Sequence record: PZ738962.1
Source of the DNA: a phage
Length of the DNA: 64,000 bases
Reading direction: 5' to 3' (one strand)
Below, one piece after another: positions 45,269 to 54,460 of this stretch. The notes beneath the pieces were generated by a model that did not search any database, was not told the origin of the DNA, and was given only the letters and a program-made list of their open reading frames with translations. The first letter of the stretch is position 1; every line of letters begins with the position of its first letter. The translations under genes were made by a program, and so were the position numbers.

Positions 45269-45560
45269 AATATGTTCCTCGTTCAATCTCATATTGTTTC
45301 AGGTCTTCTAAAAGTTCATCCATTGCTTGTTTCAGCACATGACGCAGCGTAAAGTAATAGCTTTCATCAAATTCTATTTCCTCGCGAGGAATAGAACGAA
45401 TCTTACACTTAACGGTAGTGTCAGTGAGTCGCTTTTCTAGCATCATCCGAACTTCTTCATGCTCTTTGGAATACCATACGTCAACGGAGATCCCCTTACG
45501 GCGAGCGAACATCGGCAACGCTGCATTAAATTCCATTACTTTTTGTGTAAGTGTTTTCAT
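45243..45560 (-). CDS. hypothetical protein (105 aa)
   Basis: ATG with ATGGAGTC upstream. Confidence 0.5.
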   Translation of the reverse strand: MKTLTQKVMEFNAALPMFARRKGISVDVWYSKEHEEVRMMLEKRLTDTTVKCKIRSIPREEIEFDESYYFTLRHVLKQAMDELLEDLKQYEIERGTYYEYDYGRG

Positions 45561-45808
45561 CGTACAGACTCCATAGATCCACGCGCAATAACATTCTGGG
45601 TAATATCAGCAATCTTACGGGATACAATGGTTGCTAGTTCCAGTCTAGTGATATTGTCTCGGTCGAAAGGAATTTCGTCATGTGTCCACATCCCGTAGTT
45701 AGAACGGAAGGATAGCATATGTTGACCATTCCGAACAACCTCAAAAACTCGGATCTTAGTAAACTTCTCTAAACTTGCGTTAAATTCTTTCAGTGCATCA
45801 GTAATCAT
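45557..45808 (-). CDS. hypothetical protein (83 aa from ATG)
   Basis: ATG at 45808 with GGAGGTTATT upstream, downstream of PeSL promoter. Confidence 0.5.
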   Translation of the reverse strand: MITDALKEFNASLEKFTKIRVFEVVRNGQHMLSFRSNYGMWTHDEIPFDRDNITRLELATIVSRKIADITQNVIARGSMESVR

Positions 45809-45833
45809 AATAACCTCCAATCAATTTTTAGAG

Positions 45834-45862
45834 AGTATAACGGGGATTTCTCCCCGCGTCAA
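45834..45862 (-). promoter_or_regulatory. PeSL-type early promoter (TTGACG-N17-TATACT) with CGGGGA.../...TCCCCG stem-loop
   Basis: immediately after gene 47 stop; inverted repeat in spacer. Confidence 0.55.
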
Positions 45863-46888
45863 CTAACTTTTTGCGCTATTTACCTCGGCTAAAAGTTCAT
45901 CAGAAATACGCTTGACCGCCGCAAGTTCTTCCGGTTCTAGGTTTTGTTCTTCCAGATATTCATATACCATCTGAATAGTGCTTTTAACTTCAATAACACC
46001 TGTTTCCTGTGATGCGCTACTCTCCAGTTTATGGACCACTTTTAGCTTGTGTACAACGGCCTCTAACGCGCTTTCTAACTTAGTTAACCCATTATCAGCA
46101 ACCGTTGCAATAAGACGCACACTAAGCCCCTTAAAGCGTTCTACATCGATTTTATCATCTGACGGGTAAGTGATACGCACATGATAAGTTTTGTCATTCT
46201 GGATAAACTCTTTTTTGTGTGTATCGGTATCGAATACCCAAAACCCACGCGGATCGTTTTCGTCACCCGCCGTTAGTGTGTATGGTGTACCGATATACGT
46301 TACATTACCGCCATCGCTGATAGTATGAAAATGACCGGAAAACACTTCACGGTATTTCTTGAGAAAGTCCGCGCTATAACCTTCGGATTTTAGCCCTTTA
46401 TAGAAATAGTAACCGGACAATTCCCAATGGCCTACACAATATTCGCTGAATGAGTTTTGAATAAACTCTAAAATCTCTGATTTATTGTCATCACAAAACC
46501 ACGGGAACAGATCAAATGATACACCATCAAAGGTAACTGTTTCCGGTTTATCGATAACCTTAATGCAATCATACTGGCTTAACACTTCACGCGGTGCGTT
46601 AGGCTGGATCTTGTTTCGTTTAAACATATCATGGTTCCCGACCGTGATATAACAAGTAATTCCAGCCTCTTCCAGTAATGGGATGACCTTAGTACGGTTA
46701 AATTTCATGGTTTCATGGGTAATTGCTTTTCGGCAATCAAACCAATCCCCTGTTTGAATCCATGTCTTAATATTATGCTCTTTGGAGTATTCAACCGCCT
46801 TCTTGATGGTATCAAGAATATACTCATGCACCCACGGATCATCGCCACCGATACCAGTATGCAGATCACCTAAAAGCAAAATTTTCAT
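45863..46888 (-). CDS. 47: recombination nuclease subunit gp47 (Mre11/SbcD-like phosphoesterase)
   Basis: 341 aa; MKILLLGDLH...GDWFD...GNHD metallophosphatase motifs; similarity to T4 gp47 as recalled. Confidence 0.9.
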   Translation of the reverse strand: MKILLLGDLHTGIGGDDPWVHEYILDTIKKAVEYSKEHNIKTWIQTGDWFDCRKAITHETMKFNRTKVIPLLEEAGITCYITVGNHDMFKRNKIQPNAPREVLSQYDCIKVIDKPETVTFDGVSFDLFPWFCDDNKSEILEFIQNSFSEYCVGHWELSGYYFYKGLKSEGYSADFLKKYREVFSGHFHTISDGGNVTYIGTPYTLTAGDENDPRGFWVFDTDTHKKEFIQNDKTYHVRITYPSDDKIDVERFKGLSVRLIATVADNGLTKLESALEAVVHKLKVVHKLESSASQETGVIEVKSTIQMVYEYLEEQNLEPEELAAVKRISDELLAEVNSAKS

Positions 46889-46930
46889 AGTCTCTTCCTC
46901 TCTTCGTTTTCGATGCTCTCACTATATCAC

Positions 46931-46956
46931 AGAAAAATAAAAAGGGAAACCCCTTT
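46931..46956 (-). terminator. intrinsic terminator (minus strand) after 46979..47266
   Basis: AAAGGG-AAAC-CCCTTT hairpin followed by U-run on minus strand. Confidence 0.5.
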
Positions 46957-46978
46957 CGGAGTCTCCCTTATAAAGCCA

Positions 46979-47266
46979 TTACAGCATACTTAATACCGTT
47001 TGCCGTGTACTAATCCACATAGCAGAAAGCAGTTCTGGCGTGTGTGGCTGTTTGTAGATATCACGTAATTTTCCGATAGCGTAGATATACGCATCACGAT
47101 TATCATCGATGATAGCTTGTTCAGCCCACCGCTTAAGGCGTGCAATCTCTCGCGAGTTCTTACGCAAGATCTTTTCCGCTTTCTTAGCGGCTTTAGCCTC
47201 TAGTTCTGCTTGTACTTTGTCTACTTCATTCACTGCAATCTGGTCATGCTGTTCATCGTAAGTCAT
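46979..47266 (-). CDS. hypothetical protein (95 aa from ATG)
   Basis: ATG at 47266 with AAGGA upstream, directly after upstream stop; track start is TTG. Confidence 0.5.
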   Translation of the reverse strand: MTYDEQHDQIAVNEVDKVQAELEAKAAKKAEKILRKNSREIARLKRWAEQAIIDDNRDAYIYAIGKLRDIYKQPHTPELLSAMWISTRQTVLSML

Positions 47267-47267
47267 G

Positions 47268-47501
47268 TTATTTTCCTTCTGGGATATAATCAATTATTAA
47301 AGAAAATTCATCTTCTGATACATTATAGCTATGTGAGATTGTACCCGTAAAGACCTCAAGATCCGGTGATTTGATATTGCACGGATCGATAATCACCGGA
47401 ACGCCGCAATCTCTCAAAAATAATTTGGCGAAATACGGCACAAGGTCAGTTTCAAACTCTGCTTCTTCCAGCAAACGGGAAATGTTAATTTTCAATCTCA
47501 T
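47268..47501 (-). CDS. hypothetical protein (77 aa)
   Basis: ATG; overlaps gene 55 stop. Confidence 0.45.
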   Translation of the reverse strand: MRLKINISRLLEEAEFETDLVPYFAKLFLRDCGVPVIIDPCNIKSPDLEVFTGTISHSYNVSEDEFSLIIDYIPEGK

Positions 47502-48018
47502 AAAATTGGTCCAAGCTAGGCAATTCCTCGGTCAATACATCTTCAACCTTTGGCGCTTTCGGTTTATTGACCGATTCCTCGTAGTTGTTGATTTTATCGT
47601 AAATGTCCTGTATGAATGCCTCATCAGCAATCTGGCACATATCAGCGTCGCGTTCGTCATATACATGATGCACAAAATATTTGTATTTTGCGGCTGTCGC
47701 TGTTCTCTCTTTTTTAATGCGCTGTACAAAAGCATTAAAGCACGCTTGCGTGATGTAAGCATGAGGATTTTTATACTTTGTCTCGTCAAAATTAATCAAA
47801 CCCTTGACCGCCGCTTCGATTCCGTCGTCGATCATTTCTTCGCGCCACGTTTGACTATAACCAGAAAAGTTAAAACGACGTGATAGATTTTTAGAGATTT
47901 GCATAATTGCTAGGCCGATTTGATCGCTCATTGGAACTTGCCGACCTTCTGCTGCAATTTGTTGTTTCCAACGGCAAATTTCTTCGTAAAGCTCTTTATT
48001 GTTTACATAATCAGACAC
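47485..48018 (-). CDS. 55: late-transcription sigma factor gp55 (apparent GTG start)
   Basis: 177 aa; strong similarity to T4 gp55 as recalled ([58 protein letters not shown]); conserved N-terminus requires the GTG at 48018. Confidence 0.9.
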   Translation of the reverse strand: MSDYVNNKELYEEICRWKQQIAAEGRQVPMSDQIGLAIMQISKNLSRRFNFSGYSQTWREEMIDDGIEAAVKGLINFDETKYKNPHAYITQACFNAFVQRIKKERTATAAKYKYFVHHVYDERDADMCQIADEAFIQDIYDKINNYEESVNKPKAPKVEDVLTEELPSLDQFYEIEN

Positions 48019-48058
48019 TTCGCACCCTCGCTATTATTTAGGAAATAACCCTTTCGGG

Positions 48059-49528
48059 CTATTCCCCATTACCATTATACTTTCTTTGCTTAGTTATCCA
48101 CACTCTAACCATCTCTACAGATTCGCCGTCAGACGGATCAAGAGTTTTTCCTTTTTTCTTCATGCGGTACTTAAATCCGTTAAATCTTGCATTCTCTTGC
48201 TCGTTAAAGTCGAACATCTTTTTAAATGATTTTCGCCCTTTACGCTCACCACATTCTAGCGGAATCATTCGGTCTGTTATTACATTGGCATTAGGCAGAA
48301 ACGTTTTTAGATAATCCACCAACGCCCAATCAGGAACATATAGATTAACATTCTCCTTGCTCTCGTTGTCTCTCAGGTTACAACGCAAACATAATTGAAA
48401 TGCTGGTTCCAGATAATCAGACACATGACGCGCTTTCAAAAACTCGTTTGTCGGGAGATCACAACTATTAGCAAGACCTTTTAAAATATCAATCTCCCAT
48501 CGTTGAGGGTTAAAGCTGAACATCACAGCAACATTTTTATGATGAATGTAAGAGTTAAGACCATAAGATCCGTAAGGTATCCGCTCACCAATACCATTTG
48601 TACACGCTTCACGGTCCCGATTCACGGTATAAATGAAGTCATCGCCACATTCATTTTTAACCATATCAACAAGACGTTCAAAGGTATTGTTTGTTTCTGA
48701 CTGGTGACGCGACCAGCGTTCGGAGTCCGTCATAAGGATGATGTTAACTCTATCTGTATTTTTATATTCTTTGAAATATAGTCTGGATTCTAGCGCACTC
48801 GGAACAAAATCGCAATTTGCATAGTATCGTAGATACTTCCCACTATATGTATCAAAGAGATTTGCACATGCTATCGTAACCTTTTTAAAGTCTCCCCACG
48901 TACCGTGTTTGTTATCGTTCAAGAAAACAATTTTCGACCCATTCTTCCGGTGTCCTTCGTTATGTTTTACCATAACGTTGATTTTCTTCTCTAATAACGC
49001 CTCATAAAGCCCTCTAAGAGAAGAATCGATCATATCAGTACCATCCTTTGCACTTTCTATCTTTTCTTTGATAGCGGCCTTCTCAGAGTCTTTTAGAACT
49101 AAGTTCTGTAGGCATTCCGATTCGTCGGCGATTGGTTCGCAATGCTTCGTGATAAGTTCAAGATTAGACTTAAACGGATACTCATTAAATTCAACCAGTT
49201 GAGGAACTTCATCAATGTAAAGAGCATATTCACCAAACATTTTTGAACGTTCCATATTAGATAACGCTGTATGTGTAATGAATATCACATCAGCACCGTC
49301 TTTAACTGATTGCATTATCGACGCTTGCACTGTCTTAAGGCTTCTTAGTCTTGTGCTATCAATCAAGACAGCACGACCGCCCATTCTTTTAAACTTATTG
49401 TAAGATTGTTCACTTAAAACACGAGATGGCGAAGCAATAACCGCTTTTTCTTTTGTCTCTAGGACGTGGGAAAGTATAGCATCAGTTTTCCCAGCCGCTG
49501 GCAATGCGATTAATGTTTCAATCTTCAT
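48059..49528 (-). CDS. uncharacterised P-loop NTPase, helicase-like N-terminal domain (489 aa)
   Basis: Walker A IALPAAGKT, motif Ia-like ASPSRVLSEQ, Walker B LYIDEVP; C-terminal 300 aa without recognised motifs. Confidence 0.6.
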   Translation of the reverse strand: MKIETLIALPAAGKTDAILSHVLETKEKAVIASPSRVLSEQSYNKFKRMGGRAVLIDSTRLRSLKTVQASIMQSVKDGADVIFITHTALSNMERSKMFGEYALYIDEVPQLVEFNEYPFKSNLELITKHCEPIADESECLQNLVLKDSEKAAIKEKIESAKDGTDMIDSSLRGLYEALLEKKINVMVKHNEGHRKNGSKIVFLNDNKHGTWGDFKKVTIACANLFDTYSGKYLRYYANCDFVPSALESRLYFKEYKNTDRVNIILMTDSERWSRHQSETNNTFERLVDMVKNECGDDFIYTVNRDREACTNGIGERIPYGSYGLNSYIHHKNVAVMFSFNPQRWEIDILKGLANSCDLPTNEFLKARHVSDYLEPAFQLCLRCNLRDNESKENVNLYVPDWALVDYLKTFLPNANVITDRMIPLECGERKGRKSFKKMFDFNEQENARFNGFKYRMKKKGKTLDPSDGESVEMVRVWITKQRKYNGNGE

Positions 49529-49815
49529 TAGAAACCCTTACGTCGTGCTTTCTGGCATTTCTTGATCATTTTATCAGAAATTTCGCGCTTAGGTGCAATC
49601 TCTTTCACACCGAAAGCACTAATGCCAAATTCAGAGAGAATATATTCAACTAACAATTCACGCACACGCGCTTTACCGATATTCACGCCGTTATTTTTCA
49701 GATATGTCTGGCCTTCGACTTGCATCAGATCTAAATCTGCGTCGGTAATATTGATTTCTTCCATGCGCCCAAATCGAGAATAAACCATGTGTGCGATTGC
49801 ATTGTGTACTAACAT
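49528..49815 (-). CDS. hypothetical protein (95 aa from ATG)
   Basis: ATG at 49815 with GAGTGAGGAATATATT upstream; track start is TTG. Confidence 0.5.
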   Translation of the reverse strand: MLVHNAIAHMVYSRFGRMEEINITDADLDLMQVEGQTYLKNNGVNIGKARVRELLVEYILSEFGISAFGVKEIAPKREISDKMIKKCQKARRKGF

Positions 49816-49836
49816 AATATATTCCTCACTCAAGAA

Positions 49837-49995
49837 TTACTTAATAATACTTACTTTACCAGATCCGTGACAATGAGCACAACACCCATCACCACGCAAT
49901 CCTGTTCCGTTACAGTGTTTACACTTCTTCAACGGTAAAGCCATTATAGCAAATAAAGCAATAATGAATACCGAAACTAAATTCTCAATAATCAT
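49837..49995 (-). CDS. small membrane-anchored protein with DnaJ-type zinc finger (52 aa)
   Basis: MIIENLVSVFIIALFAIMALPLKKCKHCNGTGLRGDGCCAHCHGSGKVSIIK: N-terminal hydrophobic helix then two CxxCxGxG motifs; GAGGG SD; below track cutoff. Confidence 0.5.
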   Translation of the reverse strand: MIIENLVSVFIIALFAIMALPLKKCKHCNGTGLRGDGCCAHCHGSGKVSIIK

Positions 49996-50254
49996 AAATC
50001 GCCCTCAGTTCTTTATAGCCTCCAATGTGCTCGTTGTCAATGAATATCTGGGGGTATACAAATCGGAGGCTCTTTGAGTTCAGCCTCCCCGCCAGTTCTT
50101 CAATCATATCACGGTCGGGAATAATGTCAACCCCGACCTGCTTGAATACTGGTTTAAGTGTATACGGAATACCCAGATCATCCAGTAGCTTCATTGCACT
50201 AATACAACCATAACAATGATAAGCCTCTTTCGGTATGCCGTATATCTCGATCAT
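49985..50254 (-). CDS. glutaredoxin/thioredoxin-like protein (NrdH/NrdC-like, CYGC active site)
   Basis: 89 aa; CxxC active site near N-terminus, C-terminal IGGYKELRAxY glutaredoxin signature. Confidence 0.75.
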   Translation of the reverse strand: MIEIYGIPKEAYHCYGCISAMKLLDDLGIPYTLKPVFKQVGVDIIPDRDMIEELAGRLNSKSLRFVYPQIFIDNEHIGGYKELRAIYDY

Positions 50255-50748
50255 TTCTCAGCCTTTAATCTTTCTAGTTCTTCTTCCAGTTCCTTGATCC
50301 GTTGGTCACGTTCAAAGTCACGCTGCAACTTAGTGGCGAATACTCGTTTAAACTGATTGTAATCATCGATTTTAAACACTTCTTCTTCGCCATAGCGACG
50401 TACAGAAACTTCGTAGTTATTGAATAATTGTTCCAACATTGCATCAGTAGTCAGTTCTGACGACACCACTTTAAAATAACGTTCTTCTGATTGCAAAAAC
50501 CAGTTGTGCGCGTATTCCCGTACATCATCAACATCTCGACAGGTGTATGTTTTTCCATCAATTTCAATCGCAGAAACATATTCGATATCTGAAGCAATTT
50601 TTTCAAAAGCGATAACTTTAAATGTACGGTCACCGATAAAGTCTGCTATTGCATCATTTGCAACACTGGTTGCAAATGCTTTCCGCGCTCGCTCGTTTTT
50701 CCACTGATAGGTCATACCAACAACAAACATATTACCATCAACAAACAT
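50251..50748 (-). CDS. paralog-family protein A1 (WKxxxAxxxF...IEIDG...ERYFKVV module)
   Basis: start at ATG 50748 with GAGGA upstream; 5' end contains an 18-bp perfect tandem duplication; shares module with 50750..59044 paralogs. Confidence 0.55.
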   Translation of the reverse strand: MFVDGNMFVVGMTYQWKNERARKAFATSVANDAIADFIGDRTFKVIAFEKIASDIEYVSAIEIDGKTYTCRDVDDVREYAHNWFLQSEERYFKVVSSELTTDAMLEQLFNNYEVSVRRYGEEEVFKIDDYNQFKRVFATKLQRDFERDQRIKELEEELERLKAEK

Positions 50749-50749
50749 A

Positions 50750-51574
50750 TTACCATCCTCGCTCTTTACCAATCAAAAATTCAACTTCACGACGTTTAAT
50801 GTCTTCTTGAAGGTCTTTAATCTTCTGGCGATCTTGCATGATTTCATCCATCTTGTCAAGTGCCGCAATGAAATCATCGAAACGTTCAAAGGTTTTACCT
50901 TCATTTGCTTCGCCAAATTTAACCATTGTCAGGCCGTAACGACTACTAAACAGACGTTTCAACTGTCCAACGATCTTAGAATCAGTGGTTATAACTTCCA
51001 ATTCTTCTACTTCACGAAAGAATTTTCTATCAGAATCAATAAACCAGCTAGTTCCTTTATGGTCTCTATCTTCGGTTGCGCTCATTAGAGTATGGTCTTT
51101 ACCATCAATTTCAATTACATCAATTTGCCCACATGGACGAACATTTTTAACAGTAAAAGGTCTATAATTTATTGCTCGTGCAATAACATAATTAAGATTA
51201 GATACGTTTTCAGCATAATGACAGAAGTCGGTCATAGCATTCGCATCTTTCCAAGTATAAGTTTTACCAACTTCCCATTTCTGGGGAACTTCTTCAACTT
51301 CACGAAAGAATTTTCGATCGAATGGACTAAAGAAATATGTTGCAGTCCAAATGTCTTTTCCTGTAGCAGTTTTCGCCGTATGATAAACACCGTCTAGCTC
51401 TATTGCATCAATCCAACCGTTATCATCGATCTCGATGATGGTAAATGGCTTGTCACCAATAGCTGCACTAATATCGCTGTTAAGTGGAGAAAGAACACCT
51501 TCTCCGTTAGTAATAAACTCAGTTTTAGCGTTTTCATCTTTCCAGGTGTAGGTTTTACCAATTTCCCATTTCAT
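50750..51574 (-). CDS. paralog-family protein A2 (two tandem copies of the module)
   Basis: 274 aa; MKWEIGKTYTWKD...FDRKFFREVEE then QKWEVGKTYTWKD...DSDRKFFREVEE; coiled-coil tail. Confidence 0.6.
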   Translation of the reverse strand: MKWEIGKTYTWKDENAKTEFITNGEGVLSPLNSDISAAIGDKPFTIIEIDDNGWIDAIELDGVYHTAKTATGKDIWTATYFFSPFDRKFFREVEEVPQKWEVGKTYTWKDANAMTDFCHYAENVSNLNYVIARAINYRPFTVKNVRPCGQIDVIEIDGKDHTLMSATEDRDHKGTSWFIDSDRKFFREVEELEVITTDSKIVGQLKRLFSSRYGLTMVKFGEANEGKTFERFDDFIAALDKMDEIMQDRQKIKDLQEDIKRREVEFLIGKERGW

Positions 51575-51586
51575 AATATATTCCCC

Positions 51587-52051
51587 TTAACCGATTTTAT
51601 CAAGTTCGTTTAATGCTTTCTCTGCTTCCTGTATAGCTTGCACCCTTTCCGGCATTTTGTCAAGAAAATCTTTCAACTCTTCAAAACTGGAGATATGACG
51701 CAATGCGTTAGCACCGATAGCCGCATGTGATTTGCATTCAAAGCGGATTTTATAATTATCCATCGCCAACTTGAGAAGATCAATTAATTTAGATTCTTCT
51801 GGAATAATAATTTCTTCAAATCTGCTACGGTCATGATCCAGAAACCAACAAGATAGACCTACATCGGTTGAACTCATATAAGTTCCATCATGAAGATAAA
51901 CAGACCGCACGTATCCTTTTTTCGCATCAACCGACGCAACTTTAAACGGTAATCGCAGATATTTCAAATAATCAACATCATACCATTTAAAAAATTGGTT
52001 TGCATCTTTTACATCTTTCCACGCATAGGTCTTACCAGCTTCCCATTTCAT
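51587..52051 (-). CDS. paralog-family protein A3
   Basis: start set to ATG 52051 (MKWEAGKTYAWKD) by paralog alignment; track ORF starts 5 codons upstream. Confidence 0.55.
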   Translation of the reverse strand: MKWEAGKTYAWKDVKDANQFFKWYDVDYLKYLRLPFKVASVDAKKGYVRSVYLHDGTYMSSTDVGLSCWFLDHDRSRFEEIIIPEESKLIDLLKLAMDNYKIRFECKSHAAIGANALRHISSFEELKDFLDKMPERVQAIQEAEKALNELDKIG

Positions 52052-52055
52052 AATA

Positions 52056-52583
52056 TCATCTCTCATTTTTGATACGTGATTCTAATTGGATCATACGGTC
52101 GCGCGTTTGTTTGTATTCTCGGATAGCACCGATCCGGCTAGGCATACCATCCAGTACGCTCTTAATACCTTCTAGGGTAGTGATTTTAGCAATGCTATTA
52201 TGCAACCCCATCTTATCGATCAACTGAATGTCGTAGGCTTCCATAAGCAGACCCAGACGTTCTAAAGTTAGGTCTTCTTCTTTTTCTTCAGAATCTGGAA
52301 TCTTAGGTTCAATAATAACTTCGGTAAAGAAACGACGCTCACCCGACCAAAACCACACACCGGAACAGCCAATAGGGGATTCTTTTAACGTCATAGAGTC
52401 GAAATCACTACCAATAATAGTAATTTCTCTAACATCACCATCATCGTCAAGGTCTTCTACCCTAAACGGGCGACCAGCCAACAAGTCAACAATACATCTG
52501 TTAATAGACGACGAAAATTTAGTCAGTTCGGCTTTCGACGCTTCGCATTCAATCTTGTAAGTTTTACCAACTTCCCATTCCAT
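52056..52583 (-). CDS. paralog-family protein A4
   Basis: start at ATG 52583 (MEWEVGKTYKIE) with TTGAGGTG upstream; ERRFFTEV motif. Confidence 0.55.
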   Translation of the reverse strand: MEWEVGKTYKIECEASKAELTKFSSSINRCIVDLLAGRPFRVEDLDDDGDVREITIIGSDFDSMTLKESPIGCSGVWFWSGERRFFTEVIIEPKIPDSEEKEEDLTLERLGLLMEAYDIQLIDKMGLHNSIAKITTLEGIKSVLDGMPSRIGAIREYKQTRDRMIQLESRIKNER

Positions 52584-52593
52584 AATAATCACC

Positions 52594-53096
52594 TCAAATA
52601 ATTTTCACTGGAATACTATTAACAATCTTGTATTGTACTTGATTGTCAGACCCCCGCCACGGCTTCTTCGTTGGCATATCTTTAATATAACGCCCATCGA
52701 TGAACATGTCAACTGATTCTACAATTTTTCTTTGCTCATCATTCAATTGGTCAAGGGTATAACCGGACCATAGCCAAATATCTTTATTTGGCATCCATGA
52801 TTTTACTTCATCGATGATCCGCTGTACACCCTTTAAATTGCGTTTATACAATGGATCGCCACCTAAGAATGTTAGCCCCTGAATAAAATCAGGTCTAAGC
52901 AGATCCAGAATCAATCCCATTGTATCATCGGTGAATGGTTCCCCGTTCTTAGGATTGAGTAGGCTAGCATTAAAGCAACCATCACATGCGTGTGAACATC
53001 CGGTAACGTAAAGGGAGACTCTCACTCCCTCACCGTTAACCATATCACAATCTTTAATATCGGCATAGCGTAGTTTGCCGTATGTATCAGAACTCA
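52594..53096 (-). CDS. nrdG: anaerobic ribonucleotide reductase activating protein (radical SAM)
   Basis: CxxxCxxC motif GCSHACDGC; similarity to T4 NrdG region; start at ATG 53096. Confidence 0.85.
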
Positions 53097-53239
53097 TATT
53101 CAATTACCCCGAACTCGTTTACAATCTGCGCTTTATAGTAACCACCGCGAGATGCTAATAGATAAGCTGGGCTTAGGTATTCGTATTCACGGATTTCTAC
53201 TTGTGCGTTTTCAGTTTCCCAAATCAGTAAAGTCCACAT
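53087..53239 (-). CDS. hypothetical small protein (50 aa from ATG)
   Basis: ATG at 53239 preceded by GGAGAATCAAAT leader downstream of PeSL promoter; track ORF start would lie upstream of the promoter. Confidence 0.4.
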   Translation of the reverse strand: MWTLLIWETENAQVEIREYEYLSPAYLLASRGGYYKAQIVNEFGVIEYEF

Positions 53240-53281
53240 ATTTGATTCTCCTGTAAAGTTGTATCTCGTCTTGATGAATAT

Positions 53282-53310
53282 AGTATAGGGGATCTCGCGA
53301 TCCCCGTCAA
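53282..53310 (-). promoter_or_regulatory. PeSL-type early promoter (TTGACG-N17-TATACT) with GGGGATC.../...GATCCCC stem-loop
   Basis: inverted repeat GGGGATCGCGAGATCCCC within spacer. Confidence 0.55.
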
Positions 53311-53314
53311 GCAT

Positions 53315-53842
53315 TTATTTTAAATTTTTTCGAATGTAGTCAGACCATTCCTTCCCTGTCAGTTCGGTCCCATTCTGGAAACTGAAATATTCATACGGCA
53401 TCGAGTCAAGATAAAACAGGATCATACATCGCGCCATATAATACCAATCACGATTAAAGTAAACTACGTTATCGCCAGTACCATCAGCACCTTTATCATA
53501 ACCATCGCGGGTACGGGCGACCCATTGAATAGTATCAGTTTTCTCACGGATCGTAACAGGTTCCCAATATCCAGCACATCCAGCATGACCACACGAACAA
53601 GTAAGGAAATATTGTCCTTTTGCTTTGTTGTCATCCCATTCACGATGGATTGGTTCGATCTCGTGAAACAGTGCTAAGCAATCATGATTATGCAACACTG
53701 GCTTACCATCAATCAATGCATGGAATGTATACAAACGACCAGTAGACAAATAGTTATCTTCTCGCTCTACAAGTTCAATAGCAATCTTTTTAGCTCGTTC
53801 TTTGTGTCGTTGTGCTTTACGCTTACGGTTTAATGATTTCAT
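53315..53842 (-). CDS. hypothetical Cys-rich protein (175 aa from ATG)
   Basis: ATG at 53842 with GTGTGAGGTG upstream; basic N-terminus; CSCGHAGCAGYWE cluster. Confidence 0.5.
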   Translation of the reverse strand: MKSLNRKRKAQRHKERAKKIAIELVEREDNYLSTGRLYTFHALIDGKPVLHNHDCLALFHEIEPIHREWDDNKAKGQYFLTCSCGHAGCAGYWEPVTIREKTDTIQWVARTRDGYDKGADGTGDNVVYFNRDWYYMARCMILFYLDSMPYEYFSFQNGTELTGKEWSDYIRKNLK

Positions 53843-53859
53843 ATTCACCTCACACATTA

Positions 53860-54399
53860 TCAAAGGTCGCGATATAGTACATTATGAAAATGAGAACTTG
53901 CATTACCAATATTGTAGATAATAAATTCTTCATCCGGCGCTTGCGCTACAAATTGAGTATGAGCAACCGCCACAACCTTAAAAATACGATCCGTGATCTT
54001 GTGTTTAATTTCTGCCCCTACTTCCATAGGAACATATTCATTTGTTTCTGTTTCAGTCGCAAAACAGCCATCTTCTTCATAAGCACGAACAAATCGATCG
54101 CAATCAGTACGCTTAACAAATTCAAGAGTATACAATTCTCGTGAATTGTCGGTATAGACCAATACAGAATTATTATGATAGCGAATCACATACAGGTTAT
54201 TATCATCGTCAATTACGCAAAAGCTACGGATTCCTTCGCCTTGACTCCAACAGATATTAACCACCGTTCCTCTAATAAAAAAACTTTCCTTTAAATTAAA
54301 ACTAGTCAATGTGCTAGCGTGCATTTTAACAACAACACCATCGCCAATTTCCAGTTTACGAAGTTTAACTTCTTTGTTCAGTACACAAAACATCATCAT
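53860..54399 (-). CDS. hypothetical protein (179 aa)
   Basis: ATG with ACGAGAGGACAAC upstream. Confidence 0.55.
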   Translation of the reverse strand: MMMFCVLNKEVKLRKLEIGDGVVVKMHASTLTSFNLKESFFIRGTVVNICWSQGEGIRSFCVIDDDNNLYVIRYHNNSVLVYTDNSRELYTLEFVKRTDCDRFVRAYEEDGCFATETETNEYVPMEVGAEIKHKITDRIFKVVAVAHTQFVAQAPDEEFIIYNIGNASSHFHNVLYRDL

Positions 54400-54428
54400 G
54401 TTGTCCTCTCGTTGTTTTCGATGTGAGC

Positions 54429-54456
54429 ATTATACATTAGCTAATCATGTTGTCAA
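54429..54456 (-). promoter_or_regulatory. sigma70-type early promoter (TTGACA-N16-TATAAT)
   Basis: consensus hexamers; drives 53860..54399. Confidence 0.55.
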
Positions 54457-54460
54457 CACC

